Shown: positions 29,073-40,265, numbered from the stretch's first letter. The stretch is DNA of 64,000 nucleotides from Nitrososphaeria archaeon (GCA_963760525.1 CAVXDT010000003.1:18448-82447); one strand, 5' to 3'. Translations and numbers: made by a program. Notes: a model not told the origin generated them from the sequence alone.

Positions 29073-29567
29073 TTATTCTTTTTCAATTTTTTTTCTTTTC
29101 TTTCCTGGAATTCTTTTTTTCATTCGTTCATTGTTTTGAACGGGACTTTTGTATTGTTGAATTTCCATTGCGTTTTTCGCGTCTTGGATTAGTCTATTGA
29201 AATATTTTTTGTTAACCGTTTTGCCTATTCCAATTCCACTACACGCTAGATCTACGTCAAATAAGTATCCATCGTTCTCTTTTACTGCAAATGGGTAAAA
29301 CCTGCAAATAAGTGGTCGTCTATTGTATACTCTGCATCTGTTATTCAAGAGAAAGACACAAGCGCCTTTATTCTTCAACATTTCATATTCATACGGACTT
29401 AGAGCTCTCGTGCTCTTAACAAAAAAGTTGCCTTGTCCCCCTTCAAGGAGCCTTCCGATATCACTATCTGTTAGAAGTATCATGCGTTCTTTTCCTAAGT
29501 GGTTTCTACAGCAGTTTCCACATGAGATACATTTCCATTCAACTATCGGATACTTTATATGACTCAT
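29073..29567 (-). CDS. YkgJ-family (UPF0153) cysteine-cluster protein
   Basis: N-terminal CISCGNCCRN motif and downstream Cys residues (CVFLLNNRCRVY...RPLICRFYPF) typical of the Fe-S/zinc-chelating CxxCxxCC family. Confidence 0.65.
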   Translation of the reverse strand: MSHIKYPIVEWKCISCGNCCRNHLGKERMILLTDSDIGRLLEGGQGNFFVKSTRALSPYEYEMLKNKGACVFLLNNRCRVYNRRPLICRFYPFAVKENDGYLFDVDLACSGIGIGKTVNKKYFNRLIQDAKNAMEIQQYKSPVQNNERMKKRIPGKKRKKIEKE

Positions 29568-29754
29568 TATTGATTATGATCAAACTGCTTGCATTAAATA
29601 TTTCCAAATACGTTTCCTGACTACACCTACTAATACTAATCATTGGCATAGAAAAAGCGTTTTCTTGAAAAATAAATTCTACAGTTCTTTGTTGAACTTC
29701 GGTAGGTTCATGCGAGCCTCAATACTGAAGCCAATGCTTAGACTATGGTCGCAT

Positions 29755-30432
29755 TCAAGGTTTCCATGAAGAGGAACTTTCGTTCTGGTTTCCACTGTTG
29801 GAGTAGCCTCTGCTCTCCCAGTATCCTTCGTAGGTTTCGTTGTCAGATATTTCTATTTTAGTTATCCATTTTATCCACTTGTATCCCCATTTGCTTTCTG
29901 CAACAAGTTGAAAGGGATATCCTCTCTCAGGAGGGAGAACTAGATTATTCATCTTGTAAGCCATGATGATATCATTGTTTATTATATAGTCGAGAGGTAA
30001 AGATGTTGAATAGCCATCATATGCATAAAATATCACTGTTGTCGCATTTGGGTGTATTCCAGCTTCTTCTAGCAGATCCTTCACCAGAAAACCTTCCCAA
30101 AGAATCTTAACATTCCATCCTTCCACACAATAGAGAGTGACGACCTTCTGGTATGTCTTGTGGTTGTAAATAATATCATTGTACGTATAGGTGATGTTCC
30201 TATCAACCAATCCTGTTACCTGAAGGCGATATGTTTGATTGTCTATATACTGGGGTCCCTTAATTGAATTCTCTCTGAAGTCACCGATTGATGAAAGGTT
30301 TTGTCCTTGATATTCTCTCACTTCTACTGGGTTAAGCTTTCCATTATCATTCGTCAGAAAGGTAACAGATACCACAATTGATATTGCAACTATGGTCGCC
30401 AACAAAAGATTGATCAAAAGAATCTTTTTCAT
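29755..30432 (-). CDS. Membrane-anchored molybdopterin-binding oxidoreductase-like domain protein (sulfite oxidase/MsrP fold)
   Basis: An N-terminal TM helix, then LYCVEGWN and GYPFQLVAESKWGYKWIKW segments typical of the Oxidored_molyb domain. Confidence 0.6.
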   Translation of the reverse strand: MKKILLINLLLATIVAISIVVSVTFLTNDNGKLNPVEVREYQGQNLSSIGDFRENSIKGPQYIDNQTYRLQVTGLVDRNITYTYNDIIYNHKTYQKVVTLYCVEGWNVKILWEGFLVKDLLEEAGIHPNATTVIFYAYDGYSTSLPLDYIINNDIIMAYKMNNLVLPPERGYPFQLVAESKWGYKWIKWITKIEISDNETYEGYWESRGYSNSGNQNESSSSWKP

Positions 30433-30633
30433 AATATCATCTTTCCAGCATTCGTATAAATTATATTACAATGTCATACTTAAGTGTTCTCTGTTATTTA
30501 GCTTTGTTAGCCACATGATTCAGAATTAAATGAAGCCAAATCATTATGAATTACGAAGACAGATCATATTATTCAAACAATGCGCTCATAGCTACAAGAG
30601 AGCGAACTCATTTTTTTTGAATACATACGTATG

Positions 30634-32022
30634 CTATTGATTTTTTGGAATAATCATCGCTTCACCTGAATATTCTGGATACTCTAGTTTTGCTGGTGTC
30701 AAAGGCTTATAATCTTCTCCCAAGACTTCTTTGCGTTTTTTGAATTCATTCCAAGATTCTTTTATTATCTCTGGTTTATTTAATAAATCAACTGTAGTGC
30801 ATGCTAAGGTTTTTGCTGCTAAGATCATACCTTTGTAGCCGATGCTTGTGTTAGACATTTTTGCCGTGTCTAAACTATGGAAAGCTGCTCCTGATGGAAA
30901 TGTACCAATCCATAAGGTTCCATTTGTCGGAACTATCCAACTTACATCGCCGACATCTGTCGAACCTGTTTCTCCTATCCAATCTTCTCCAATTTCCCAT
31001 CCTTTAGTCGGAAGTATCTCCTCAGGGAACTTCTCGTACACTTTGGAAAGTTGAGTTCTGACGAATTCCCTTTCATCATCTGTCAGCTTGATGGAGCCAA
31101 GCATTTTGAGATTTTCGTCAACGATTAATGACAGGGTTTTATTAGGCAATATGAGATAACATCCAATATTTCTTTCGATTTTGCAGGTTGTACCTGTAGC
31201 TAAACTGGCTGCGATACTGCATAAGTCAACTCTTCTGGAAAGTTCCATAAGACGATTCATGTCAGGAGAACGTACAAAAACCCATACTTCAGAATAATCC
31301 GGTACTATGTTTGGGGCTTCTCCTCCACTTTTTATCACATAATGTATTCTCTCAGTCTGTCTCATGTGTTCTCTCATGAACTCTATTCCTAGATTGAGAA
31401 GCTGTGCGGCGTCTAGGGCACTTTTTCCCTCCCAAGGTATTGAACCAGCATGCGCTGCTTTGCCATAGAATCTGTACGTTTTGTTGTCTAAACCGTTGAA
31501 GCTATCATAAGCTGAGGTTGTTTTGTCGCCTGGATGCCATTGTAGGGCGACATCAAGGTCATCGAATAGGCCTTTTGCTGCCATGACAACCTTGCCATAT
31601 AGGGTTTCTTCAGCAGGACATCCGTATACTCTGATTTCTCCCTTGACGTTATGTTTTTGCATTGTGTTTTTTGTCGCTAATGCTGCTGCAACGAATGATG
31701 TTCCTAAAAGGTTATGGCCACAACCGTGTCCTGGACTGCCTTTTTGCGTGGTTGAAAGTCCAGGTAATGCATCGTATTCAGCTAGGTAGCCGATTGTAGG
31801 TCTGCCATTTTCCCAACTTGCTACGAAAGCAGTTGGAAGGCCTGCTACTCCAATTTGGACTTTGAACCCTTCCCGTTCTAGAACATCAGCTAGGAGTTTT
31901 GAAGATCGGTGCTCGTTTAAGGCTACTTCAGCATATTCCCAAATGGTTCTAGACACATTAATCAGCCAATCTTTCTTATTATCAATATATTCTGTGACTT
32001 CCTCTTTCAATTCAAGAGCCAT
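30634..32022 (-). CDS. M20-family amidohydrolase (AbgB / aminobenzoyl-glutamate utilization protein B-like)
   Basis: 462 aa with the metal-binding motif GHGCGHNLLG and an M20D-like layout with an inserted dimerisation domain. Confidence 0.7.
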   Translation of the reverse strand: MALELKEEVTEYIDNKKDWLINVSRTIWEYAEVALNEHRSSKLLADVLEREGFKVQIGVAGLPTAFVASWENGRPTIGYLAEYDALPGLSTTQKGSPGHGCGHNLLGTSFVAAALATKNTMQKHNVKGEIRVYGCPAEETLYGKVVMAAKGLFDDLDVALQWHPGDKTTSAYDSFNGLDNKTYRFYGKAAHAGSIPWEGKSALDAAQLLNLGIEFMREHMRQTERIHYVIKSGGEAPNIVPDYSEVWVFVRSPDMNRLMELSRRVDLCSIAASLATGTTCKIERNIGCYLILPNKTLSLIVDENLKMLGSIKLTDDEREFVRTQLSKVYEKFPEEILPTKGWEIGEDWIGETGSTDVGDVSWIVPTNGTLWIGTFPSGAAFHSLDTAKMSNTSIGYKGMILAAKTLACTTVDLLNKPEIIKESWNEFKKRKEVLGEDYKPLTPAKLEYPEYSGEAMIIPKNQ

Positions 32023-32166
32023 GGTATCAGATGTCTGCTAAAAGATTTGAATCTAATAAGTTTTTTCGGTAAAATGCTAGAGTCACATGGTGTGGGAGTT
32101 CTCGAGAATTCTTTTGGAACATTTTTGAATGCTCAATGTTTTTTAGGAGCAATAATATAAGTAGGA

Positions 32167-32631
32167 GTGAGAAGTTTGTCCAAAATCTCTTTACCTGACT
32201 CTACTGTGATAGAGTCGGAACTTCATGGGAAAACACTTTTAGTATACGTTTTCATGCTTAAGTCAAAAGGTTCTGCTGTGGGGGTCCGGGAGATTCAGAG
32301 GAAATTGGGTTTTTCAAGTCCGAGTGTAGCGCTCTATCATCTTGAGAAACTCGCAGATCTCAGGCTTATAGAGAAGAATGCAGTAGGAGAATATAATATA
32401 ACTAAAGAAGTTAAGGTTGGCGTACTTAAGTTCTTTACTAGGCTCGGAAGCGTTCTGCTTCCACGTTACCTCTTCTACTCCGTATGGTTTACTACAATGC
32501 TTACAGTCTACCTCGTGTTCTATGTGCATTCTTGGTCTCTTAGTGAAATCATGACAGTGCTCTTTGGTTCATTTGCTTCCACCATATTCTGGTTTGAAAC
32601 CACAAAGATTTGGAAGGAAAGGCCTTTCTAG
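32167..32631 (+). CDS. Winged-helix DNA-binding protein with a C-terminal membrane domain, paralog A
   Basis: The wHTH segment is VGVREIQRKLGFSSPSVALYHLEKLADLRLIEK, followed by hydrophobic helices. It resembles the 50206..50628 product. GTG start. Confidence 0.55.
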   Translation: MRSLSKISLPDSTVIESELHGKTLLVYVFMLKSKGSAVGVREIQRKLGFSSPSVALYHLEKLADLRLIEKNAVGEYNITKEVKVGVLKFFTRLGSVLLPRYLFYSVWFTTMLTVYLVFYVHSWSLSEIMTVLFGSFASTIFWFETTKIWKERPF

Positions 32632-32645
32632 TCCTGTTCTAAAAT

Positions 32646-32948
32646 GTGGATTTAAAAGCATCTAATATGCAATCTTCTAAGACGATAATGAACAAGTTGA
32701 TACTCTATGTCATGTTTGCTGTATGCCTTGGAATAACTGTAACAGCCACCCCCCTAATCATGTTAACAAAAGAGACTAATTCTGCAGAGATTTTGCCTGG
32801 ACCTCCGGCAAAGGCAGGAGGTGATGCTAGTGCTCAGCTGTCCCAAAATATGCAAGGATCTTCTGCGCCAACTATTGATATTCTTTTGATACTAATAACT
32901 GGGTTGCTTGTAGCTTTTGTGTTCAGAATTGTTTCTATTCGAACTTGA
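32646..32948 (+). CDS. Small hypothetical membrane protein
   Basis: Two hydrophobic helices flank a low-complexity loop. Lies 14 nt downstream of the wHTH-TM gene. The start is uncertain (GTG at 32646 or ATG at 32667). Confidence 0.3.
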   Translation: MDLKASNMQSSKTIMNKLILYVMFAVCLGITVTATPLIMLTKETNSAEILPGPPAKAGGDASAQLSQNMQGSSAPTIDILLILITGLLVAFVFRIVSIRT

Positions 32949-33029
32949 TGCAAAGCAGAAAAAATTGATTAAGTCTCAAGCATAAAATCAAATCACGCTT
33001 TTTATGTCGAATTTCTTGCTAGACTGTAG

Positions 33030-34220
33030 TTAGATTGTTCCTTCCCACATCCAACTTATTACTTTAAGTATGTTTTCTTTCTTTAGTTCTATTGGGCTAT
33101 TTGGTCTAGGATATTTTGAAAACGAAAGTTCAGCTAGAGAGTGCAAAGTCTCCTTTTGCACACCCAAGCTACTAAGTGAAGGAGGTATACCAATGTCGTC
33201 TGCCAAGTCTTTTATTGTCTTTGCAGCCTTAATTGCTGTATCTATAGTAGAAAGGTTCTCCACATTCTCTCCAGCTTCTAGCGCGATTAGTGCAAGCTTT
33301 TCAGCTACCACTGGTGCATAGAACTTGACAATGTAGGGTAGAGTCATGCCGTTAGATATTCCATGCGGTATCTTGTACATTGGAGCAAAAGTTTGGGATA
33401 TCGTGTGCCCAACAACCATTTTTGCATTACAAAGAGCGATACCTGCTAAATTTGCGGCGTAAGCCATATGATATCTAGCTTCTATGTCGTTTGGCTTGAA
33501 ATAGGCTCTTCTGAGGTATTTGAAAATTAGTTTTACAGCTAAAAATGATATGGCGTCTGTTAGAGGAGTGGCATCTGTTGAAATAATTGATTCGATTGCA
33601 TGAGAAAGCGCATCCATACCGGAACCTGCAGTCACAGTAGAAGGCATGCTTACTGTCAACATCGGATCGACAAGTGCGACGTCAGGTACGATATGAGGGC
33701 TTATGCATGATATTTTATCTTTTCCAACCGTGGCTACAGCGTACTGGGTTACTTCGCTGCCAGTGCCTGATGTAGTAGGAACACAGACTGTCGGAACTCC
33801 TCGTTTCTTCACAAGGTTTAGTCCTAAATATTCTCTTATGCTACCCGGATTCGTTAAGCTCATTGCCACCATCTTGGATGTATCCATGATGCTTCCGCCG
33901 CCTATCCCTATGACCAACCCAACGCTTCCGTTTCTTGCTAAGCTCGCTACTTTCTCGACTGTCTCCACTTCAGGCTCAGGTTCAATCTCATCAAAAATTG
34001 ATATATCATAACCTTCACTTTTCAATATTTGCAATGCCTTGTCTGGTGCACCTGCTGACTTGACAGATTTGTCTGTTACAATCATGATCTTGGATTCACA
34101 ACCTAATATTCTAGCTTCCTTGCCAATTCCTTCAAGTGAGTTTAAACCTAGGATTATTTTCCCTGGTATGTGAAATTCACTTTTTCTAGAAAGTAAGGGA
34201 AATAATATGTTTTGGTTCAA
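33030..34220 (-). CDS. Iron-containing (group III) alcohol dehydrogenase
   Basis: GIGGGSIMDTSK nucleotide-binding motif and His-rich metal site segments (MDALSHAIES, VGHTISQ). TTG start. Confidence 0.8.
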   Translation of the reverse strand: MNQNILFPLLSRKSEFHIPGKIILGLNSLEGIGKEARILGCESKIMIVTDKSVKSAGAPDKALQILKSEGYDISIFDEIEPEPEVETVEKVASLARNGSVGLVIGIGGGSIMDTSKMVAMSLTNPGSIREYLGLNLVKKRGVPTVCVPTTSGTGSEVTQYAVATVGKDKISCISPHIVPDVALVDPMLTVSMPSTVTAGSGMDALSHAIESIISTDATPLTDAISFLAVKLIFKYLRRAYFKPNDIEARYHMAYAANLAGIALCNAKMVVGHTISQTFAPMYKIPHGISNGMTLPYIVKFYAPVVAEKLALIALEAGENVENLSTIDTAIKAAKTIKDLADDIGIPPSLSSLGVQKETLHSLAELSFSKYPRPNSPIELKKENILKVISWMWEGTI

Positions 34221-34423
34221 GAATGTCTGTTTCTTTTCTTCACTAATTCCTCTATTTAAGAATTGATGTAAGTTACTAAAAAGCCCATTTCCTTTGAAGG
34301 TACTTTTTACGGAGCTAATATGCTATATCTTAATATTTCTCGAGGATATGCAGAATGTTTTTCTAAGACAATCTTATAGTCGCAGGAAGAAGTGTCCCAT
34401 GTAATTTCAGAACCTAGTAATCG

Positions 34424-35395
34424 TTAAGATTGCATGCTGCATGGCAATGAGCCAGGGCAAGTTTTTGACACTTCTACATTCAACATTCTTATGAACTCTT
34501 CAAACCTATCCTTAGGTATCATTGCTCCTGCTGCTTTAGCATGTCCCCCACCATGGCCATTGAATTGAGGTGCTATTTTGTTTAGAATCATATTCAAGTC
34601 TATATCAACGTTAGTTCTCAAGCTCATGTCGACATGATTATTCCCTATTTCTCCAGCTAACCCCACTACAGTATTTGTATACGCTCTAGCATAGATGGCG
34701 GCTTTGCTTAATGGGCCGTCCGGTCCAATAATATAGCCTATCTTATCATATTTTCTCACTTTTTCTTTAATCTTCTGTCTCATTTCTTCCTCTTTTTTAG
34801 AAGCCTGCAAAGCATCATCGACAAGAAAATCTATCTCTGACGGTAGAATATTCATAGCCAACTTTTTTAATATAATAGTCTTCCTTCTCAGGTCTCTCCC
34901 AATAAATTCTAAGGCTTGAATCAACAAGCCTGTTTGAAAGTAGAGCGAACGCTTATCCCAATAGTCTAATAGGGATCTTATTCCATTGGTATTGTCTGCA
35001 TAGTCCCCTATTGCCCCATAAATTGAGATCCTGCTCATCTCAACAGGCAAGACATCTTTGTAAAAATAGTATACTAACTCAGAAGTTGATTTACTAATGT
35101 CACTAACAAAAAGGACGTTCGACGGTATTCTATCTTTATAACCTTGAGGCAAAGGATGATGATCTATGTATGTAATCTTAGATGAAAAACTTCTTAGCAG
35201 ATTCATTAATGGTTCAAATGTAACGTTGTTTAAGGCTATATCGCATATGATAAGGTCTTCATTCTTTGATAGACGTTCGAGAGCATCTTTCAATTCGACA
35301 GGGTTGCTGAATAATACATTTGCCCCTTTGTTCGCATAAAGGGTTATCGCCCCAGAACATATTCCATCACAGTCACCATGTGTAACTATATACAT
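34424..35395 (-). CDS. DHH-family phosphoesterase (NrnA/RecJ-like)
   Basis: Motifs HGDCDGICSG (DHH motif I/II region), ICDIA and YIDHHP, with a C-terminal GGGHAKAAG (DHHA1). Confidence 0.75.
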   Translation of the reverse strand: MYIVTHGDCDGICSGAITLYANKGANVLFSNPVELKDALERLSKNEDLIICDIALNNVTFEPLMNLLRSFSSKITYIDHHPLPQGYKDRIPSNVLFVSDISKSTSELVYYFYKDVLPVEMSRISIYGAIGDYADNTNGIRSLLDYWDKRSLYFQTGLLIQALEFIGRDLRRKTIILKKLAMNILPSEIDFLVDDALQASKKEEEMRQKIKEKVRKYDKIGYIIGPDGPLSKAAIYARAYTNTVVGLAGEIGNNHVDMSLRTNVDIDLNMILNKIAPQFNGHGGGHAKAAGAMIPKDRFEEFIRMLNVEVSKTCPGSLPCSMQS

Positions 35396-35589
35396 AATTC
35401 AGCATTTTATCCTCGGATTATATATTGTTTAGCTAAAGAGGAGAAAATTGAATGAACTGAGAGGAAGGATCTATTTAACATCTGACAAGGGTAAACTAAA
35501 GAGCCTTTCTTCCTAGGATGTTTAAAATGTAATCTAATAGCATAGGAAGATCTATTCTAAAAAAACAGAAATCCGCTCTTCGCTAAAAT

Positions 35590-36714
35590 TTAAAGTTTGA
35601 AAAATCTATGATTGTCGGTTTTCACATTCTGGCCGAACTCTTTGGCCAGCTCATCAAGTAATTCTTTCTGTCTTGATGTAAGCTTCTTAGGGACTGACAC
35701 ATTAACATGTACCAAAAAATCTCCTCTGCCATAGCTATTTAGTCTAGGCATTCCTTTTCCTCCAAGTTTAATGACTTCACCTGGCTGTGTTCCAGCAGGG
35801 ATCTTTAGGCTGGTGTAACCTTCAAGAGTTGGTATGTTTACTTCAGTGCCTAATGCTGCCTGAGGATATCCTATTGTTAACTCATAAAAGAGATCGTTTC
35901 CTTCTCTATGAAAATACGAGTGTGGAGCTATTTGAATCTGAACATAAAGGTCGCCAGGCTGGCCTTCGTTTGATAAGGCATCTCCTTGTCCTTCTAGTCT
36001 GAGCTGGTAGCCTTCGTCTATGCCAGCTGGCACCTTAACTTCGATCTTTCTATTTCTTCGGGCAATTCCATTGCCTCTACATTCCCTACATGGTGACTCG
36101 ATTACTTTTCCTGCTCCTCTGCATATAGGACAAGTAGTTATCTGTACAAATCTTGCGAAGCCACTTGCCTGAACTTTCTGAACTTGTCCTGTCCCCCTAC
36201 ATCTAGTACACGTTTTAGGTGATGTGCCTGGGCTTGCACCTGTCCCATGGCAGACTTCACATTTTTCAATCCTCGGAATCTCAATCTCCTTCTCTACACC
36301 TCTTGCTGCTTCCTCTAACGTTACCTGAAGTTCATAGGCTAGATCTCTGCCTTTCTCATTCCTTCTTCTGAAATCGCTTCTTCCAGAAAAGAAATCGAAT
36401 ATATCACCAAATCCAAAATTTGAACCAATATCTCTGAAGATTGAGTCAAAGTCCGCACCTCTGAATATATCTTCTGAGCTATACTGTTGGCCAAATCCCG
36501 TTTGTCCTAGTGTATCGTACTGTCTCCTTTTAGCTTCGTCAGAGAGTACGGCATAAGCTTCGGAGATCTCCTTAAACTTCTCTTCAGCATCTGGCGACTT
36601 ATTTCTGTCGGGATGATATTGCATGGCCAGCTTCCTGTAGGCGTCTTTGATTTGTTCTTTTGCAGCGTCCTTTGGGACGCCAAGTGTCTCATAGTAGTCT
36701 TTCTTGCTGGACAT
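35590..36714 (-). CDS. dnaJ: Chaperone DnaJ (Hsp40)
   Basis: J-domain with HPD (YHPDRN), a G/F region and four CxxCxGxG zinc-finger repeats. Confidence 0.95.
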   Translation of the reverse strand: MSSKKDYYETLGVPKDAAKEQIKDAYRKLAMQYHPDRNKSPDAEEKFKEISEAYAVLSDEAKRRQYDTLGQTGFGQQYSSEDIFRGADFDSIFRDIGSNFGFGDIFDFFSGRSDFRRRNEKGRDLAYELQVTLEEAARGVEKEIEIPRIEKCEVCHGTGASPGTSPKTCTRCRGTGQVQKVQASGFARFVQITTCPICRGAGKVIESPCRECRGNGIARRNRKIEVKVPAGIDEGYQLRLEGQGDALSNEGQPGDLYVQIQIAPHSYFHREGNDLFYELTIGYPQAALGTEVNIPTLEGYTSLKIPAGTQPGEVIKLGGKGMPRLNSYGRGDFLVHVNVSVPKKLTSRQKELLDELAKEFGQNVKTDNHRFFKL

Positions 36715-36753
36715 CTGTCATCCCCCTTTCTTATTGTTACTCTTGATTAGCTT

Positions 36754-38613
36754 CTATTTGACTTTGTAGTCAGCGTCCACTGTTTTATCTTCTTCCGATG
36801 GCTGGCTTTCTGCGCCAGCTTGTCCTTTCTGTTTAGCATAGTCTGCCGCAGCCTGCTGATAGATTACAGTTCCAACTTCTTGCAGTATTCTTGTAAGTCC
36901 TTCAGATTCAGCTTTTATCTTGGTTGCATCAGTGCTTGCGAGCGCGTCTTTCAAAGAAGAAACCGCTTTATCTATCTTGTCTTTCTGTTCTTGGTTAATT
37001 TTGTCACCTACATCTTTCTTGGTCTTCTCAGCTGTGTAAATGAGGCTGTCAGCACTGTTCCTCAGCTCTGCTTCCTCACGTTTCTTTCTATCCTGCTCGC
37101 TGAACTGTTCAGCTTCTTTAGTCAACTTTTCTTTCTCTTCCTTAGAAAGTTTTGTTGAAGCTGTTATAGTGATCTTAGCTTCTTTGCCTGTGCCAAGATC
37201 TTTGGCTGTAACGTTTAGGATGCCGTTTGCATCTATGTCAAAAGTCACCTCTATCTGGGGTACTCCCCTTGGAGCTGGCGGTATCCCTGTTAAGTTGAAC
37301 ATTCCTAGGGAAACATTATCTACTGCCATAGCACGTTCTCCTTGAAGTACATGGATAGTTACGGCTTGCTGGAAGTCTGATGCTGTAGAGAAGGTCTGGC
37401 TTCTTTTTGTAGGAATCGTTGTGTTCTTTTCCATAATTTTTGTGAATATTCCACCAAGCGTCTCCACACCAAGGGATATTGGTGTAACGTCGAGAAGCAG
37501 AATATCTTTCACTTCTCCTGAGAGCACGGCACCTTGTATGGCGGCACCTATAGCTACACATTCCATAGGGTCTATACCTCTCTCAGCTGGTTTTCCCATC
37601 AGCTGTTCAACGAACCTTTGGACAGTGGGCATTCTTGTGGTTCCGCCAATAAGTATGATCTTATCTATATTGCTAGGAGTTAGCTTTGCATCTTCAAGAG
37701 CCTTTATTAGAGTACGTTCTGTCTTCTGAACTATTGGCTTAGCAAGCTCCTCGAGTTTAGCTCTTGTAATCGTCATGTGAAGGTTCTTAGGCCCTGATGC
37801 GTCAACGTATATGAAAGGTAGGTCTATGTCTGTGGACATCAAAGCTGAGAGCTCTATCTTTGATTTCTCGCAAGCCTCTTTCAGTCTCGCTGAAGCCATC
37901 TTATCATTGTGGAGGTCAATTCCTGTCTGCCTTCTATATTCGTCCATGACATAGGTCATAAGTGCCTGATCTATGTCAGCTCCACCTGTCTGAGTGTCAC
38001 CACTTGTAGAAAGAACTTCGAAGACACCCTTACCAAAGTCCATCACCGTTACGTCATGTGTTCCCCCGCCAAAGCTGAAAATTAGAATTTTCATTTCCTT
38101 TTCCAGTTTATCTATACCATAGGCGAGACAGGCTGCTGTTGGTTCATTAATTATCCTCATGACTTCGAATCCAGCTATTTCTCCCGCATCTTTAGTTGCT
38201 TGTCTCTGGTTGTCGTTAAAGTGTGCGGGAACAGTTATCACGACTTTCCTAATCGAAGTTCCCAAGTATGTTTCAGCGTCTTTCTTTATCTTCTGCAAGA
38301 TGAAAGAAGAAATCTGCTGTGGCGTGTATTCTTTCCCATAGATATTTACCTTGTAGTCAGTGCCCATCTTCCTTTTTATCTCAAAGATGGTTCCTTCAGG
38401 GTTAGCGGTAGCCTGCCTTCTCGCTGGGTCTCCGACCAAAAGTTGTCCATCTTTGGTGAAAGCGACAACAGATGGAAACATCTTGCCCGCTGCAGAAGGA
38501 CCTTCTGCACTTGGGACTACAGTTGCTCTTCCACCTTCAAATATTGCAGCTGCTGAGTTCGTCGTACCCAAATCTATTCCTAAGACTTTTTCTCCAGGCT
38601 GTACTTTACTCAT
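36754..38613 (-). CDS. dnaK: Chaperone DnaK (Hsp70)
   Basis: [17 protein letters not shown]-like (SFGGGTHDV) and other Hsp70 signatures. 619 aa. Confidence 0.97.
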   Translation of the reverse strand: MSKVQPGEKVLGIDLGTTNSAAAIFEGGRATVVPSAEGPSAAGKMFPSVVAFTKDGQLLVGDPARRQATANPEGTIFEIKRKMGTDYKVNIYGKEYTPQQISSFILQKIKKDAETYLGTSIRKVVITVPAHFNDNQRQATKDAGEIAGFEVMRIINEPTAACLAYGIDKLEKEMKILIFSFGGGTHDVTVMDFGKGVFEVLSTSGDTQTGGADIDQALMTYVMDEYRRQTGIDLHNDKMASARLKEACEKSKIELSALMSTDIDLPFIYVDASGPKNLHMTITRAKLEELAKPIVQKTERTLIKALEDAKLTPSNIDKIILIGGTTRMPTVQRFVEQLMGKPAERGIDPMECVAIGAAIQGAVLSGEVKDILLLDVTPISLGVETLGGIFTKIMEKNTTIPTKRSQTFSTASDFQQAVTIHVLQGERAMAVDNVSLGMFNLTGIPPAPRGVPQIEVTFDIDANGILNVTAKDLGTGKEAKITITASTKLSKEEKEKLTKEAEQFSEQDRKKREEAELRNSADSLIYTAEKTKKDVGDKINQEQKDKIDKAVSSLKDALASTDATKIKAESEGLTRILQEVGTVIYQQAAADYAKQKGQAGAESQPSEEDKTVDADYKVK

Positions 38614-39154
38614 CTAAACCACCTTCTAAATTCTCTGATTTTACACATGGTTTAACCGTCACCTTAACAATGCTCGGCCTAATCATCTTTTCCCTCATGA
38701 TATATCCTTTTCTAATTTCCTCGACTATGGTGCCTTCTTCCACATCATCTCTCTCTATCTTGGAGACAACATTGTGCTTGGACGGATCGAAAGGCTTTCC
38801 AAGACATTCTATCGGCGTAACACCTTCATTAAGGAGAATCTTTCTAAGCTTTTTGAGAGTCATTTCAACACCTTGAACTAACACTTCAGACGATGCTGAA
38901 TCAGAGCCAGACTTGACAGCTAATTCCAATTCGTCAACAACCTCAAGCAATTCCAGAACTAGACGTTCATTTGAGTACTTTTTGATATCATCCATCTGTC
39001 TTTCAACTCTCTTCCTGAAATTATCAAAGTCCGCCTGCATGTATTTAAGACGGCTAAGGTATTCCTCCGAACGAATCTTTTCCTGATCTAGTTCTTGCAT
39101 TAACTGATCAGTATCAGGAGTCTCCTTCTCAGAAACTGTTTTTTCCTCACTCAT
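38606..39154 (-). CDS. grpE: Nucleotide exchange factor GrpE
   Basis: The coiled-coil N-terminus, the [14 protein letters not shown]-like motif ([18 protein letters not shown]) and the C-terminal beta domain are present. It overlaps the dnaK start by 8 nt. Confidence 0.9.
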   Translation of the reverse strand: MSEEKTVSEKETPDTDQLMQELDQEKIRSEEYLSRLKYMQADFDNFRKRVERQMDDIKKYSNERLVLELLEVVDELELAVKSGSDSASSEVLVQGVEMTLKKLRKILLNEGVTPIECLGKPFDPSKHNVVSKIERDDVEEGTIVEEIRKGYIMREKMIRPSIVKVTVKPCVKSENLEGGLDE

Positions 39155-39189
39155 TAATAATCCCTCCCTATAAAGCGATTAGGAATTAA

Positions 39190-39227
39190 GTTGAATACAT
39201 ATATATATTTCGCTCGTTGAATGTATG
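39190..39227 (-). promoter_or_regulatory. Candidate grpE-dnaK-dnaJ promoter: an AT-rich TATA-like element flanked by the direct repeat GTTGAATRYAT
   Basis: GTTGAATACAT (39190-39200) and GTTGAATGTAT (39217-39227) bracket ATATATATATTT, 40-70 nt upstream of the grpE ATG at 39154. The function is inferred from position only. Confidence 0.2.
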
Positions 39228-39518
39228 ACTTAGTCAAGTGCCATAGGTTATGCTTTAGAGTTTAAGACTTACAAGTGGACCATTTTTTTATTATTTGAAG
39301 CTATTATGGGAATACAGATATCCAATCTATTGATAGAAGTGATGGCCTATCACAAGTTCTGGCCAGTCTTATACAAGTAATAGGGTAGTCGTCATCATCA
39401 TTCCACAACAGTGTTATGAGAAATGGAGGAAGCTACGTTGTTGAAAAGAAAATGTCAATTTAAATAAAACCGAGATTAAGTTAATATAAATCTAATATGT
39501 GATAAGATTGTATCGTGG

Positions 39519-40265
39519 ATGGTTGAAATGATTCTTGGTATTGTTGGAAGTCCGCGCAAGGGGAAGTTGACTGACCAGTTGGTTAGCAAATGCTTAGAAG
39601 GTGCAAAACTTGCTGGTGCAAAATCTGAGAAGATATATCTGATCGATTACAATATTCCAATTTATACAGAACAAGCGAAATGTCCTGAAGAGCTGAACAG
39701 GTTATGTGAAAAAGTTGATGCTCTAGTCATAGGAGCCCCTGTGTACTGGGGTGGCATTAATGGTCTAACAAAGGACTTTATGGATACTGTAAGGATCTCT
39801 AATGCAAATGGGAAATATGGACTCGGTCTCTCTGTCGCTGGAGGAACTGGAAAAGGACTGTGTTCTGCAATACAAAACATTTATCGATTCTATTATCACA
39901 GGCGCATTAGAGGCATAATTCCAACACCTGTGTCAAGATTCAACTTAGAAAAATCAATGGCTTCTCTTCTCGAATCAGGACGTACACTTGCTGAAGTCTC
40001 CAAAAGGAAAAAACCTTTTGAGGGCGATAAGGATTGTATAGAATATTATGAACCACTCGACTTCCTAAATTACACATTTTTGGATGAAATACTTCTTTTA
40101 GCAAGCCAACTAATTGAAATCTCAAAAGATAAACCTGCATTTCCATTCGCCAAAGAAGAATACGGAGCTGCAATATCCCTCATCAAGAAAGGAAACAGAG
40201 ACAAAGCCATCGAACATGCTGCCAAAGCCTATAACATTCTGTACTTTGAGCCTTCAAAAGAATAG
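39519..40265 (+). CDS. Flavodoxin-like NADPH-dependent FMN reductase family protein with a C-terminal helical extension
   Basis: GIVGSPRKGKLT N-terminus and the LVIGAPVYWGGINGL flavin-binding segment. Confidence 0.6.
   Translation: MVEMILGIVGSPRKGKLTDQLVSKCLEGAKLAGAKSEKIYLIDYNIPIYTEQAKCPEELNRLCEKVDALVIGAPVYWGGINGLTKDFMDTVRISNANGKYGLGLSVAGGTGKGLCSAIQNIYRFYYHRRIRGIIPTPVSRFNLEKSMASLLESGRTLAEVSKRKKPFEGDKDCIEYYEPLDFLNYTFLDEILLLASQLIEISKDKPAFPFAKEEYGAAISLIKKGNRDKAIEHAAKAYNILYFEPSKE

Noticed and set aside
28693-29086. Minus-strand Ser-rich and Phe/Cys-rich ORFs overlapping the TRAM gene
   Set aside because: They are artefacts of the GAA/GAC-rich repeat read in reverse. The plus-strand ORF has a recognisable TRAM domain.
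36820-38876. Several plus-strand ORFs of 60-134 aa overlapping dnaK/grpE (for example 36820..37158, 37040..37345, 38200..38556, 38472..38876)
   Set aside because: They are antisense shadows of the highly conserved dnaK/grpE reading frames. Their translations are low-complexity and have no motifs.
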